Source: Octopus sinensis (lineage: Eukaryota). Taken from it: 64,000 nt of DNA. The translations under genes and the position numbers were made by a program. The notes under the pieces are model-generated. The model saw nothing but the letters and a program-made list of their open reading frames with translations. It searched no databases and was not told the DNA's origin. Every line of letters starts with the position of its first letter. The stretch's first letter is position 1. The stretch lies in NCBI RefSeq assembly GCF_006345805.1, contig NC_043003.1, forward strand, positions 49,166,001 through 49,230,000, read 5' to 3'. Shown piece after piece: positions 1 to 12,063 of this stretch.

Positions 1-78
1 CTGTATATGTATGTATATAAATGCATTTATCTGTACATCTACGTAAACACAGTCACACGCACAAATATATATTTATAT

Positions 79-136
<58 letters not shown>

Positions 137-247
137 TATATATATATGTTACACACGGATTTATATGTACTATGTACTCCGTTGAACTCTCTAGTGCGAA
201 ACCGATTGGCAAGATCGGGTACATAATACTGTACACTTCGATTGATG

Positions 248-310
<63 letters not shown>

Positions 311-479
311 GCTGGTCCACCAATTCATCGTCACTGAGTTTAAATCCACAGATTATTCCTCTTTAGTCTTAAGGTAATTCTCATTGAAAATCTGCGTCAC
401 ACTGTATGTGTATGATCATTTAAATAATGTTACCACCCAGTCGGAGATTTACTCAACTTTACTCACGGGCACACATAAC

Positions 480-682
<203 letters not shown>

Positions 683-734
683 TGTACACACACACTGTAA
701 AGTCATTGTTATATGTGTATATATATATATACAC

Positions 735-897
735 ATATAATAAATAACAATAGTGTAATAAGAAATTATTATTACCAGTGGTCTAGCACAAAAACGAATT
801 AGTCATTAGACTATATATTAGTCTAATGACTAATTCGTTTTTGTGCTAGGCCACTGGTAATAATAAATTTTTATTACCCTATTGTTATTTATTATAT
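735..897. repeat. Long inverted repeat / foldback (MITE-like)
   Basis: Arms 735-813 and 819-897 are reverse complements with a few mismatches; 5-nt loop TATAT. Confidence 0.9.
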
Positions 898-1281
898 TTA
901 AATATTCTCTGATAAATTTGTTCGAAACTTTTACCGGCATCCTCTCTATCGCCGGGTATAATCTGCGTCTGCGCAGTGGTTTGAAAAGTTAGAATATACA
1001 AGCAGTTAGTTTTACATGTGGATCTGGCTGTGGTGTATTTGAAATTGAAAGGCTGTCCCACTGAGGAAACTGGCCTTCAGCAAATATTTTTTTGCTGGAA
1101 ATAGTTAGAATCCATGGCTTGGGAAATAATTGAGATGGTAAACGTTTTTAATTTTCAATCCTTTCGAAAATTTTTCCTCATTTGGTGGTTTTGAGTTTTC
1201 TACTGCTCTTTCTAGCACGGCTTTCCTATTTGGAAGCCTCTTATTGTATTTCTATATACATACATACATATAATATATATA

Positions 1282-1333
<52 letters not shown>

Positions 1334-1954
1334 ATATTGCTAGAATTCAACAGACTTATATCATGTTTCGTGCGAAATAAAGTCGCAGTTATTCAATCCA
1401 ATTTTAGATAATAGATGACAACTCCGACATTTTAACTGGTTTGACTCTACGGTCTTGAGAATTCAATCTTCCAGTTTGTCATTAATGCACATACACATAC
1501 ACACACACTCATATACTCACACACATATATATAACATATGTGTATAACCATGCACGCAAACATGTATATGCACGCATACATACAAGGACACACTCAGGCA
1601 TGAGACTGTCAAATACATTATTTGCTATCCATGATATAACCATTATGAAATGTTTGAATGGTGGCTGCTCAAAATAACTTTTTAACTTAATGAAGAAATC
1701 CACCATTTTGGAAATAGTTTCATCCACTATATTTTAGAAACAAAACATTACAATATTGAATTGTTTTCATAATTGAAATAAAGCAATAGGAGGTTAGCTA
1801 TTTAGCTAATAACGAACATAAAATTTCTTTATATGACTAGAAACATTTTTATCCTCACATGAGACAGAATTTCCAAAATACAAAAATTAAAGTTTAATAA
1901 ATATTTCGCAAATTAGATTGATATATATTTCTCGGACTTTATTAAACTGGCGCT

Positions 1955-2025
1955 AACATCTAAATTCAATAAATTATTAAATCTAATTAATCATTAGATT
2001 TAATTATTTATTGAATTTAGATGTT
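1955..2025. repeat. AT-rich perfect-type hairpin
   Basis: 33-bp arms (1955-1987, 1993-2025) with one mismatch; loop TAATC. Confidence 0.9.
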
Positions 2026-2191
2026 TGATTTACGTAACCAATTTTAAATTAAACAGATTTATATAAATATTCTCTATTATTTTTAGAAGATCGAAACGGA
2101 GGTTGCAGTTGAATTATAATGGGGTCATTTGAAGAATTGCAACAAGACGTATTTTTTCCAGAGAGAATTTTAACCAAGCATACCCCGCCAC

Positions 2192-2226
<35 letters not shown>

Positions 2227-2761
2227 CACGCACGCACACACACACACGCACACAAACACACACACAATACACGCATGCACATACAGACACGCACTCACAC
2301 ACTGATTCACACTCTCGTTTCTTAGACACAGACATGCAGATGTATCATTGGACGGGTTTTGAACATATACAAACGCATACGTTCACATATACGAACACAG
2401 ACACAGACGTGTACACTTTACTTCATAAAATGTATGAATAAATTCAATAAGATAAAATGTTTTCACCCTGCTTATAAAACATATTTGACATTTCAAAATG
2501 CTAAATATGCTTATTACTCTCACAAGGCTCCATAGAACATAAATAAATTTATATCTTGGTTTCACAATATTTCTGGTATTAGACGAAATAAGTACATACA
2601 TACTAACCCATAATACATATTTAATTTCATATAAATATTTCTCCATGGTTCTAAAATATGTTTAGTGCTACAAGACAAAACTTAGAAACGTTTAAATCAC
2701 GACTCAATTCTGTTTAAGAAAGTATTTTTTACAACTGTTCTAAAGAATCTTTTATATTTAA

Positions 2762-3160
2762 TTCTTTATTGCCTACAAGGAGCTAAACATAGAGGGGTCA
2801 AACAAAGGGATTAAGTCGAATACGTCGACCACAGTGCGTAACTGGTACTTATTTAATCAACCCCCGAAAGGATGAAAGGCAAAGTCGACCTCGGCGGAAT
2901 TTGAACACAGAACGTAACGCAGATGAACTACCTCTTTCTTTACTACACACAAGGGGCTAAACACAGAGGGGACAAATAAGGACAGACAAACGGATTAAGT
3001 CGATTATATCGACCCCAGTTCGTAACTGGAACTTATTTAATCGACCCCGAAAGGACGAAAGGCAAAGTCGACCTCGGCGGAATTTGAACTCAGAACGTAA
3101 CGGCTGACGAAATATCGCTAGGAATTTTACCCGGCGTGCTAATGATTGTACCATCTCGCC
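2762..3160 (-). mobile_element. SINE family A (tRNA-like head GGCGAGCTGGCAG..., central GCCTTTCATCCTTTCGGGGTCGAT block), tandem dimer
   Basis: Reverse complement of the repeat seen at 26544 and 49291. A/B-box-like head in 2936-3160 is followed, in SINE sense, by a headless second copy 2762-2935. Confidence 0.85.
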
Positions 3161-3533
3161 GGCTGGGTCTTTTATATTACAATAAGGCAAAGGACATATA
3201 AGTAAATGAGTTAATTCATTGGCTAAAATAAGCGTTACGCAATTAAAACCGAGCTCTAAATGATAGATATACAAATCTATAGCTAATAAGAGACCTTTTA
3301 CCGAATTGACTGTGGTTGATAGATAAGGACATGTGTATCCGGTTCATAAGCATCGTCAGCAGTGAGTTGCTCATCTCACCTGCAAATTAAATGTGCATCT
3401 TTGAGCAAGGCTAACTTGTATAATTAAAACGTGCAGAAGCCAAGAGAAAATACTTCAGATCACTTGGATGAAGTTGTATAGCAAAGTCTATGTGCGGAAT
3501 ACTGAATGATGTACACGATATATATGTATATAA

Positions 3534-3739
3534 AGTTAATCCAAACATGAAAACACAAAGAGAAAACACAACAACGCGAGGACGTGGAACAAATATAGTA
3601 TTATTGGACGCTCAGGAAGGAAGGGAAGAAGGAGGGTTTTACGTTTCGAGTGGAGCTCTTCGTCAGAAACATAGGAAAAGTAAAGATCCAGAGAAGGGAA
3701 GACGGAAGAAGAAAATCGCCAACGGTACACACGTGGTCA
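3534..3739 (-). mobile_element. Short non-autonomous Penelope pLTR/retrozyme-like element (family H), flanked by TA repeats
   Basis: Reverse-complement homologue of 56242-56444; contains a hammerhead-like core; no ORF. Confidence 0.7.
3636..3670 (-). ncRNA. Minimal type I hammerhead ribozyme candidate
   Basis: Minus strand reads GTTT-CTGACGA-A-GAG-ctcca-CTC-GAAAC-GTA-AAAC: CUGANGA/GAAA core, stem I GUUU/AAAC, stem II GAG/CUC, palindromic ACGU helix III, GUA cleavage triplet. Confidence 0.6.
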
Positions 3740-3751
3740 CATTTTGAATCA

Positions 3752-3815
<64 letters not shown>

Positions 3816-3820
3816 ATATA

Positions 3821-4175
3821 TATATAAACGGCAAAATGTGTGTGGTGTTGTGTGCGTGTCCGTTATACAAATCCACAATTTTTCAGTTAGAGGGCTCGCA
3901 CTTTCTACGGTCATTCAAAACCGTCCAAGAGTGGTCGTGCACATCTTTACATTTCACTAGTCACCCCGCAAAGTCATTAAAAAATCAATAGAAGTGACTT
4001 TTTTGTGAATTTTCTATCCAAAACCCAATCAAAATGCCCGAAACTTGATACGCCAATTAAATGCCAGCTAGCTGTATGTGATTGGTCGGAGATTTGGACA
4101 GTAATCGCGTGTATGTGCGCACGCACGCGGCTGTATATGCATGCACTAGCACTATGACCCGGGTCATACTGCTAG
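3821..4175 (+). mobile_element. Non-autonomous Helitron-like element
   Basis: 3' end has a perfect 16-bp palindrome TATGACCCGGGTCATA (4153-4168) just upstream of terminal CTAG (4172-4175) followed by T. 5' end TATATAAA...(TG)n is buried in a TA run and is approximate. Confidence 0.6.
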
Positions 4176-4293
4176 TATATATATATATATATATATATTG
4201 GTAAAAACGGTAAGATAACAAAAGAAAGAAAGATACCTCAATATTATGTAAATAGAGGAAATTTATCAGTAAAATAATATGTGACAATAATTC

Positions 4294-4354
4294 GATAACC
4301 GAAGAGATGGTGTTGTGGATTTCCACCTCGGCATCCGAAACTCAGAGTTTTATC
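4294..4354 (+). ncRNA. Hammerhead-like motif (variant core CCGAAGA) inside a long hairpin, within TA-flanked element ~4199-4390
   Basis: GATAA-CCGAAGA-GATG...CATC-C-GAAA-CTCAGAG-TT-TTATC: 5-bp stem I, 4-bp stem II, ACTC/GAGT helix III. Outer 20-bp perfect helix 4269-4288/4369-4388. Confidence 0.45.
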
Positions 4355-4400
4355 TTGGCTATTGTATAATTGTCACATATTATTTTACAGATATATATAT

Positions 4401-4843
4401 ATAAGTTCAGTGAACTTAATAAAAAAAAAACCCTCCCCATTAGTAAATCTAAATAACAAAGTGAACTCAGTGATAAAAAAATCTGCCCATGAGTAAAGAT
4501 CTACTACCATGTTCTTATTGATGAAATTCACCTCTCTGTCTATATACTTACCCTCTTTGTAATGTTGGCAAATGGAACAAGTATAAAGATGAACATTGTC
4601 AATTTAATTTTAAAAATTCCATATGTGGCTGAAGGGTGCTCTACATTTTAAAACTCATGTAATACTTACATTGTTTAATTAGAAGAAGTAGCATGAAACG
4701 ATTGTACTACACTACCTTTGAATATCCTTGTTGCTTATTTTGATTATAATCACCCCATTTGATTTATATGGATAATACCATACCAAATTTCTGGTGCTTT
4801 TAACTTAAGTACCATATTCATCTGAATCAAAATTTTTGCTGAA

Positions 4844-4848
<5 letters not shown>
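4401..4848. mobile_element. Possible short-TIR element between TA runs
   Basis: ATAAGTTCAG (4401-4410) and CTGAACTTAT (4839-4848) are inverted, with TA repeats outside. TIR is only ~10 bp. Confidence 0.3.
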
Positions 4849-4894
<46 letters not shown>

Positions 4895-4989
4895 ATAATA
4901 AAAATAAAAATTTTGAATATTAATTTGATTAATATCAATATAAAACCAGTGGTCTAGCATATAGAAAAATTATGTTACATAGATACATC

Positions 4990-5251
4990 AAGAGGGATGA
5001 CCACTAAGTGGACATCCAATATGCTAGCAGTCGGTCTTACCACTAAGAAAGGAATGTTCTCAAGAAAATTTAGCGGACGCCAGAACGTAAGCGAGCAAGA
5101 CAAATGGAAAGATACAAAATATACAGATTTATCATAAACCAATTTTGTTGTTACCACTTACATAATCACTTACGTAGATGTCCGCAACTCGTCGGTGTGA
5201 TCCTCCTAGCAAAATAGCATGTTGGATGTCCATTTAGTGGTCATCCCTCTT
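4990..5251. mobile_element. MITE with ~37-bp terminal inverted repeats
   Basis: AAGAGGGATGACCACTAAGTGGACATCCAATATGCTA (4990-5026) versus TAGCATGTTGGATGTCCATTTAGTGGTCATCCCTCTT (5215-5251); non-coding interior. Confidence 0.7.
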
Positions 5252-5580
5252 ATAGTGTATATATATATATATATATATAGACAAATATATACATGCATGT
5301 GTAAATATGTATACACACACACACAATATATATATGGGTGTAAATATGTATGTGAGTATAAATATATATATGTATATATAAAATATATATATATATATAT
5401 ATAGATATAGATATACATATATATATATATATATATATACATATTATAATACGCACATACATATTTACACCCATATATACTATGTTTGTTTGTATACATA
5501 TTTCCATTATATAATATATGTATAATATATATATATATATATTTAAAAAAAAGGAGATGTCGAACACGAGTGGTGATATA

Positions 5581-8500
5581 TAAAAAAGGAAATGAAGAAA
5601 ATGCTGACAAATAATTGAAGTAATTTAAGTAATTTAATTAGGTGAAAGTTCTTTTTACCGGTTGCGCATTGTTATGCTTATCAAAATATAAAAGAGAGAT
5701 TAGAGTCTGTCTCTTATATGTGAAAAAAAGAGGCTCCAGAGTTGTTTTGGATTTGCTTGGTTTCGCGCCTAAAATTTTGATTGGTCATTATGAGGGGCAC
5801 GTGAATGTTTGATGGAAGTTGGTGTTGGGGTAAGAAAAAAAGGCTCCAGAGAAGTTAAAATTTGGCTAGTGTCCCGCCTAAAATTTCTTATTGGCCATAA
5901 AAAGAGGTCACGTGAATGTTTAGAATTCGAAAATAGTGTTGTTGAAAATTCTTATTGTTCAGGCTGGTCAGTAGACGTCATGTGGATATTTTAAATAGCT
6001 TTTTTAGCGCGTAGTTAGGGAGTGTATTTTCCGCTTGACTGGATAAGTAAGTTCGTTTAGAACAGGGAGCGCTGTATGTATGTATGTGTGTGCGCGCGCG
6101 CGCGTGTGGTGTTTATATGTTATGTTGGGGCGCGCGCGCGTGTATATATGTGATGTGTGTGGGTACAATTTTCAATATTTATAGTTCTGCTGGCCTTGTG
6201 CCTGTATCGGGAAGCAACGTATTTGTGTGAAGTCAATATTTACAGCCATTTCCAAAAAATAGTGTTGGAGTGTTTGGCACCCGTATCAATATGTGTATGT
6301 GTGGAACCATATATTTGTGTGTGTCATGGTGTTAATATCTGGGTAAAGGTGTGTGTAGGTGGTGGCAGGTGTAAGTGTGGTTTGTTGTGGGTTCGTGTTA
6401 GAGGCATCTGTTTAGAAGTGGTCTGTATTATTAATAAGGTGGGATTCCATGGTTATTCGCTGGGTATGAGTGGCATTGTCTTTAAATTTGTAGAGGGGAA
6501 AGATTCTAAAATTGGATGGAGTTGTGCGGCACAGGTATCAATATGTGCACTAAATGTATTTTCTATATTCCTGTATTTTTATTTGGGATCTGTGGACAGT
6601 CATGCGTTGGCGGAGGCTATTTTTTGTTTGGCATGTAGTGGTCATTACAGCCGAGCAAGTTAAGACATATAGAGGTTTTCTGATGCGCATGTGAAAGTTG
6701 TGTTTTACTGTGAAACGTTGTCCTTGTTAAAAAGGATCCGGACCTTCTATTAGGTGATGCATATACCACAGTTGGGCTATTGCATTTGTTTACTGTGGGT
6801 TTAGTTGTTGTGGTTGGCAGTACTTGGCATTTGTTAGGATGGTTTTCAATGATGGGTTGCCTTTTGCTCTTTATGATTTCGTGTGTTAGGAGGATTTGGT
6901 TCATTCTATGGTCCTTTTGTAATACAGGAATGTTTCTGGAGGATGGTGTCAAAAGCTCATGTTGAGGGGGTTGTGTGTAGAGATGTATGGTAGAGTATGG
7001 GGTTTCGATGTAACAGGTTTAGGCGCGTCTAAGTTCCTGCGTGCTGAGTTTTAGGCGCGTTGGATCCCATTGTCAATTAGTGACGTGGGGTAATCCCTGC
7101 TTGTTAATGTGCCCTTGAGTTCTGTAGACGTAAGAGACGGGTGTTTTTTATTGGAGACTATAGTGCAAATTATCTGGCTAAGTTGTAGGGAATGTTAATT
7201 TTAACGTGTCTAGGGTGGCATGAATTGAAAGGGAGGTATGCTGGAGTCTGTGGGCTTGTAGTATATGTCTGTTCTATTTTTTGTTGTGAATTTTAATGAG
7301 GATGTCGAGGAAGGGATATTGTGAGGGCTGTATTCATTGTGAAAATAATGTTTGTGTTGAGCCCATTTATAAGAGTGTGAAATTTCGTTAAGCTTCTCGA
7401 CGGTTTCGGGCCAAAGGATGAAGCAGTCATCAAGATTCTCTTCCAGTTCTTCTCTATGTGTGTGTGGAGAGTGGTGCCAAATTGGTTAAGAACGTTATTA
7501 TAGAGGGTGATTTCCAGGTATCCAATGACTAAGTTGGCGTAAGTGGGAGCTGTTTTCGTTCCCATTGCCGTCCCTGATTTCTGTCTGTAGAATTTGTGTG
7601 TGAAGGTGAAGAAATTATTCTCTAAGATGAATTTGAGTCCTTCTAAATAAATTCCTTTTTGATGCGGTGTGGGGGAGTTCGTTGGAGTAATTATCCAGCC
7701 AGAATGGATAGCTTCTATTCCTAGGTGTGGTGGGATGTTGGAGTAAAGATTGAATACATCGAATGTTACTAGCAGGGTTTGTTCAGCAAGAAGTGTATTG
7801 GGGAGGTGGTTTGAGCATCTAGATCGTCCCTTATGTAGCTTTTAATGTGTTTGAGGAACGGCTTGAGAAGGGTATCAATGAAAGTTGCTAAGGCGGGGGG
7901 TTTCGCAAGCCGGGACCTGCTATTATAGGTCTCAATTTGAGGTCATTTGGTGAGGGACATTGATTACAGAGTTTGTGGCTTCTTTGCATGCCTTACTTAT
8001 TAATTCGCTTTTATGAATTTTGGGAATACCGTAGAAGAGGGCTGGGTTTTACTAGTGAAATTTGTGATGAGTTGAATTCTTGTTAGTGAGTTATTCTTTG
8101 TGGGGGGTTGATCAGGGTTTTTTAAGTTTCTCATAATTTTCTGTTGATTGTAGTGTTCAGCCTTTTCGTAATATGTTCCATTTTCCAAGGTGGAGAGTGC
8201 TAAGTTGATATATAGTATTCTGTCTCCCATTAAGACTACTGCACTATCCTTTATCGGCCTCTTTAATGGTGTGATAGATCTTTCATTTTTTAATTTGTTT
8301 AATTCTTCCCACTCTTCTTGTTGAGGTTTGGTTTGGGTTTGGTTTGTGGTAAGTGTGGTAGGGAAGTTTGTAATGTGCTCCACAGAATTCGTCTAGGATT
8401 TATTTCACCTTGTCGTGGGGTGTAGTGCTTTTATTTCTAGCTAGTGACTCATCCTCATTGTGCTGGTCGAAATAGTTCCTCACTAAGTCGAAATTTCTAC

Positions 8501-9317
8501 AAAATTCTGTAATGTCTTCCTTCATTTGTAGTAGTTTGCAAGTGGGGGGGTTGGTGTGAATTTCAGACCTTGGAGAGAGTAAGTTGAGAAGGTTGGGTTG
8601 GGTTCTGTATTGGTTAAATTGATGACTTTAATTAGGTTATGTTTTTCTTCCCTGTCCTGTTATTTTGTTTGCCTGTAATCTGTGTGCTGTGTCTAAAAAT
8701 GGTTGGGTAGAGGGGTTGTCTGTTGGTGTTAGGAGGGTCCTGTGTGTTGTTATATTCCTGTTGTGAAATATGGTTCGGGTTCGTGGTTGGTTGGATAGAA
8801 TGGGGTTCCTGTATTGCGGGTGTTTGTGTGTGTTTCTTGTGTTGTGATGGATTGTGGGGATATGAGTGGCCTGCGTGGTGCTTGTATCGAGTGGTATGGG
8901 TTTGTTGTGTATTGTGAGAGTTGAGAAAGTGAAAATACCTTGTTGTCCCATCGTGGTGTGGATGTTGTTGTGTCTATCCTGGTAGTGGGATCCTCTTATA
9001 TGTTAATAAGGTATTCGAGTAGTTGTTGAGTTGTTGTGTATAGCGTCTCCTTGAAGAGGGAAATTCGTTAATGTAATTCTGGTGGTGAGAGTTTCCAGGG
9101 TTCTTGTTCCTCCTTATGGACGTGGGGTAGAAGGTACATCTTCAATATGCTGTTTCCTTCTTTTGTTCAAGGTTGGAGGGTTGGCGGAGTAGTTGTGGTG
9201 GTTGGTGGTGTGGTTTGGTTTCCCATTTTTATGAACGGGTTATTGGAAGAGTAATCCGTTTTTGAAAGTCGATTATAGTTTAGGAACAGGGCTGGCCACT
9301 TTTTTCTCCAACGTTGT
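5581..9317 (-). mobile_element. Penelope-like element (Neptune-like), left copy including 664 bp of extra 5' sequence
   Basis: Reverse complement of 9318-12410 over 5581-8653; RT and GIY-YIG motifs in ORF fragments 8000..8383, 7293..7565, 6617..6952. Confidence 0.92.
6398..8653 (-). pseudogene. PLE RT/GIY-YIG ORF, frameshifted as assembled
   Basis: DKGSAVV-like, GTAMGTKTAPTYAN and ...HYIGQ motifs in shifting frames; stop TAA at 6398-6400. Confidence 0.85.
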
Positions 9318-11581
9318 AGGGAAGAGAAACATAAACTAATTAAAGTCATCAATTTAACAATACAGAACCCAACCCCAACCTTCTCAACTTACTCTCCAAA
9401 GGTCTGAAATTCACACCAACCCCCCCACGTCCCAAACTACTACGAAATGAAGGAAGACATTACAGAATTTTGTAGAAAATTGCGACTTAGTGAGGAACTA
9501 TTCGACCAGCACAATGAGATGAAGTCACTAGCTAGAAATAAAAGCAACTACACCCACAAAAAGGTAGAAATAAATCCAGACGAATTCTGTGAGCAAATTA
9601 CAAAACTTCCCCTACCAACATTACACAAACCAAAACCCAAACCAAACCTCAACAAGAAAGAGTGGGAAGAATTAAACAAATAAAAAATGAAAGATCTATC
9701 ACCATTAAAGAGGCCGATAAAGGAAGTGCAGTAGTCTTAATGGAGACAGAAGGAAATACTATATCAACTTAGCACTCTCCACCTTGGAAAATGGAACATA
9801 TACGAAAAAGGCTGAACACTACAATCAACAGAAAATTATGAGAAACTTAAAAACCCTGATCAACCCCCAAAGAAGAAACTCACTAACAAGAATTCAACTT
9901 CATCACAAATTTCACTAGTAAAACCAGCTCTTCTACGGTATTCCAAAATTCATAAAAGCGAATTAATAAGTAGGCATGCAAAGAAGCCACAAACTCTGTA
10001 ATCAATGTCCCCTCACCAAATGACCTCAAATTGAGACCTATAATAGCAGGTCCCGCTTGCGAAACCCACCGCCTTAGCAACTTCATTGATACCCTTCTCA
10101 AGCCGTTCCTCAAACACATTAAAAGCTACATAAGGGACGATCTAGATATGCTCAACACCTCCCCAATACACTTCTTGCTGAACAAACCCTGCTAGTAAAC
10201 ATTCGATGTAGTCAATCTTTACTCCAACATCCCCCACAACCTAGGAATAGAAGCTATCCAATTCTGGCTGGATATTACTCCAACGAACTCCCACACCGCA
10301 TCAAAAGGAATTTATTTTAGAAGGACTCAAATTCATCTTAGAGAATAATTTCTTCAACCTTCAACAACAAATTCTACAGACAGAAATCAGGGACGGCAAT
10401 GGGAACGAAAACAGCTCCCACTTACGCCAACTTAGTCATGGGATACCTGGAAATCACCCTCTATAATAACGTTCTTAACCAATTTGGCACCACTCTCCAC
10501 ACACACATAGAGAAGAACTGGAAGAGATATCTTGATGACTGCTTATCCTTTGGCCCGAAACCGTCGAGAAGCTTAACGAATTTCACACTCTTATAAATGG
10601 GCTCAACCAAACATTATTTTCACAATGGCAATACAGCCCTCAACAAATTCCCTTCCTCGACATCCTCATTAAAATTCACAACAAAAAAATAGAAACAGAC
10701 ATATACTACAAGCCCACAGACTCCAAGCAATACCTCCCTTCAAGTCATGCCACCTAGACACGTTAAAATTAACATTCCCTACAACTTAGCCAAGATAATT
10801 TGCAATTAGTCTCCAATAAAAACACCCGTTTACGTCTACAAGAACTCAGGGCACAATGAAACAAGCAGGGATTACCCCCACGTCACTAATTGACAATGGG
10901 ATCCAACGCGCCCTAAAACTCAGCACGCAGGAACTTAGACGCCCTAAACTGTTACATCGAAACCCCATACTCTACATACATCTCTACACACAAACCCCTC
11001 AACATGACGCTTTTGACACCATCCTCCAGAACATTCCGGTATTACAAAAGGACCATAGAATGAACAAATCACTCCTAAACACACGAAATCATAAAGAGCA
11101 AAAGGCAACCCAAATCATTGCAAACCATCCTAAACAAATGCCAAAGTACTGCAACCACAACAACTAAACCCACAGTAAACAAATGCAATAGACCCAACTG
11201 TGGTATATGCATCAACCTAATAGAAGGTCCGGAATCCTTTTAAACAAGGACAAACGTTTCACAGTAAAACACAACTTCACATGCGCATCAGAAAACCTAG
11301 TATATGTCTTAACTTGCTCGGGCTGTAATGAACACTACATAGGCCAAACAAAAATAGCCCCTCCGCCAACGCATGGATGTCCACAGATCCCAAATAAAAA
11401 TACAGGAATATAGAAAAATAGCATTTAGTGCACATATTGATACCTGTGCCGCACACTCTCATCCCAATTTTAGAATCTTTCCCCTCTACAAATTTAAAGA
11501 CAATGCCACTCATACCCAGCGAATAACCATGGAATCCCACCTTATAATAAATACAGACCACTTCTAAACAGATGCCTCTAA
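9318..11581 (+). pseudogene. PLE reverse transcriptase plus C-terminal GIY-YIG endonuclease, frameshifted as assembled
   Basis: Motifs: KEADKGSAVV, PKIHK...LRPIIAGP, FDVVNLYSNIP, GTAMGTKTAPTYANL, YLDD, PFLD, KPTD, linker CNRPNCGIC, NLVYVLTCSGCNEHYIGQT; stop TAA 11579-11581. Confidence 0.9.
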
Positions 11582-12063
11582 CACGAACCCACAACAAACA
11601 CACTTACACCTGCACACACCCTACACACACCTTTACCCCAGATATTAACACCATGACACACACAAATATATGGTTCCACACATACACATAATTGAATACG
11701 GGTGCAAAACATCCAACACTATTTTTTGGAAATGGCTGTAAATATTGACTTCACACAAATACGTTGCTTCCCGATACAGGCACAAGGCCAGCAGAACTAT
11801 AAATATTGAAAATTGTACCCACACACATACACAATATACACGCGCGCGCGCTCCCCAACATACATATAAACACACACAAACGCGCGCGCGCGCACACACA
11901 TAATACATACAGCTCTCCCTGTTCTAACGAACTTACTTCTCCAGTCAAGCGGAAAATACACTCCCTAACTACGCGCTAAAAAGCTATTTAAAATATCCAC
12001 ATGACGTCTACTGACCAGCCTGAACAATAAGAATTTTCAAACAACACTATTTTCGAAAATTCT

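Noticed and set aside
1061-1105. CTGAGGA...CAGCAAA/TTTGCTG-GAAA hammerhead-like string
   Set aside because: 10 unpaired nt separate the core from the hairpin, and no convincing stem I or helix III forms; may still be a decayed pLTR.
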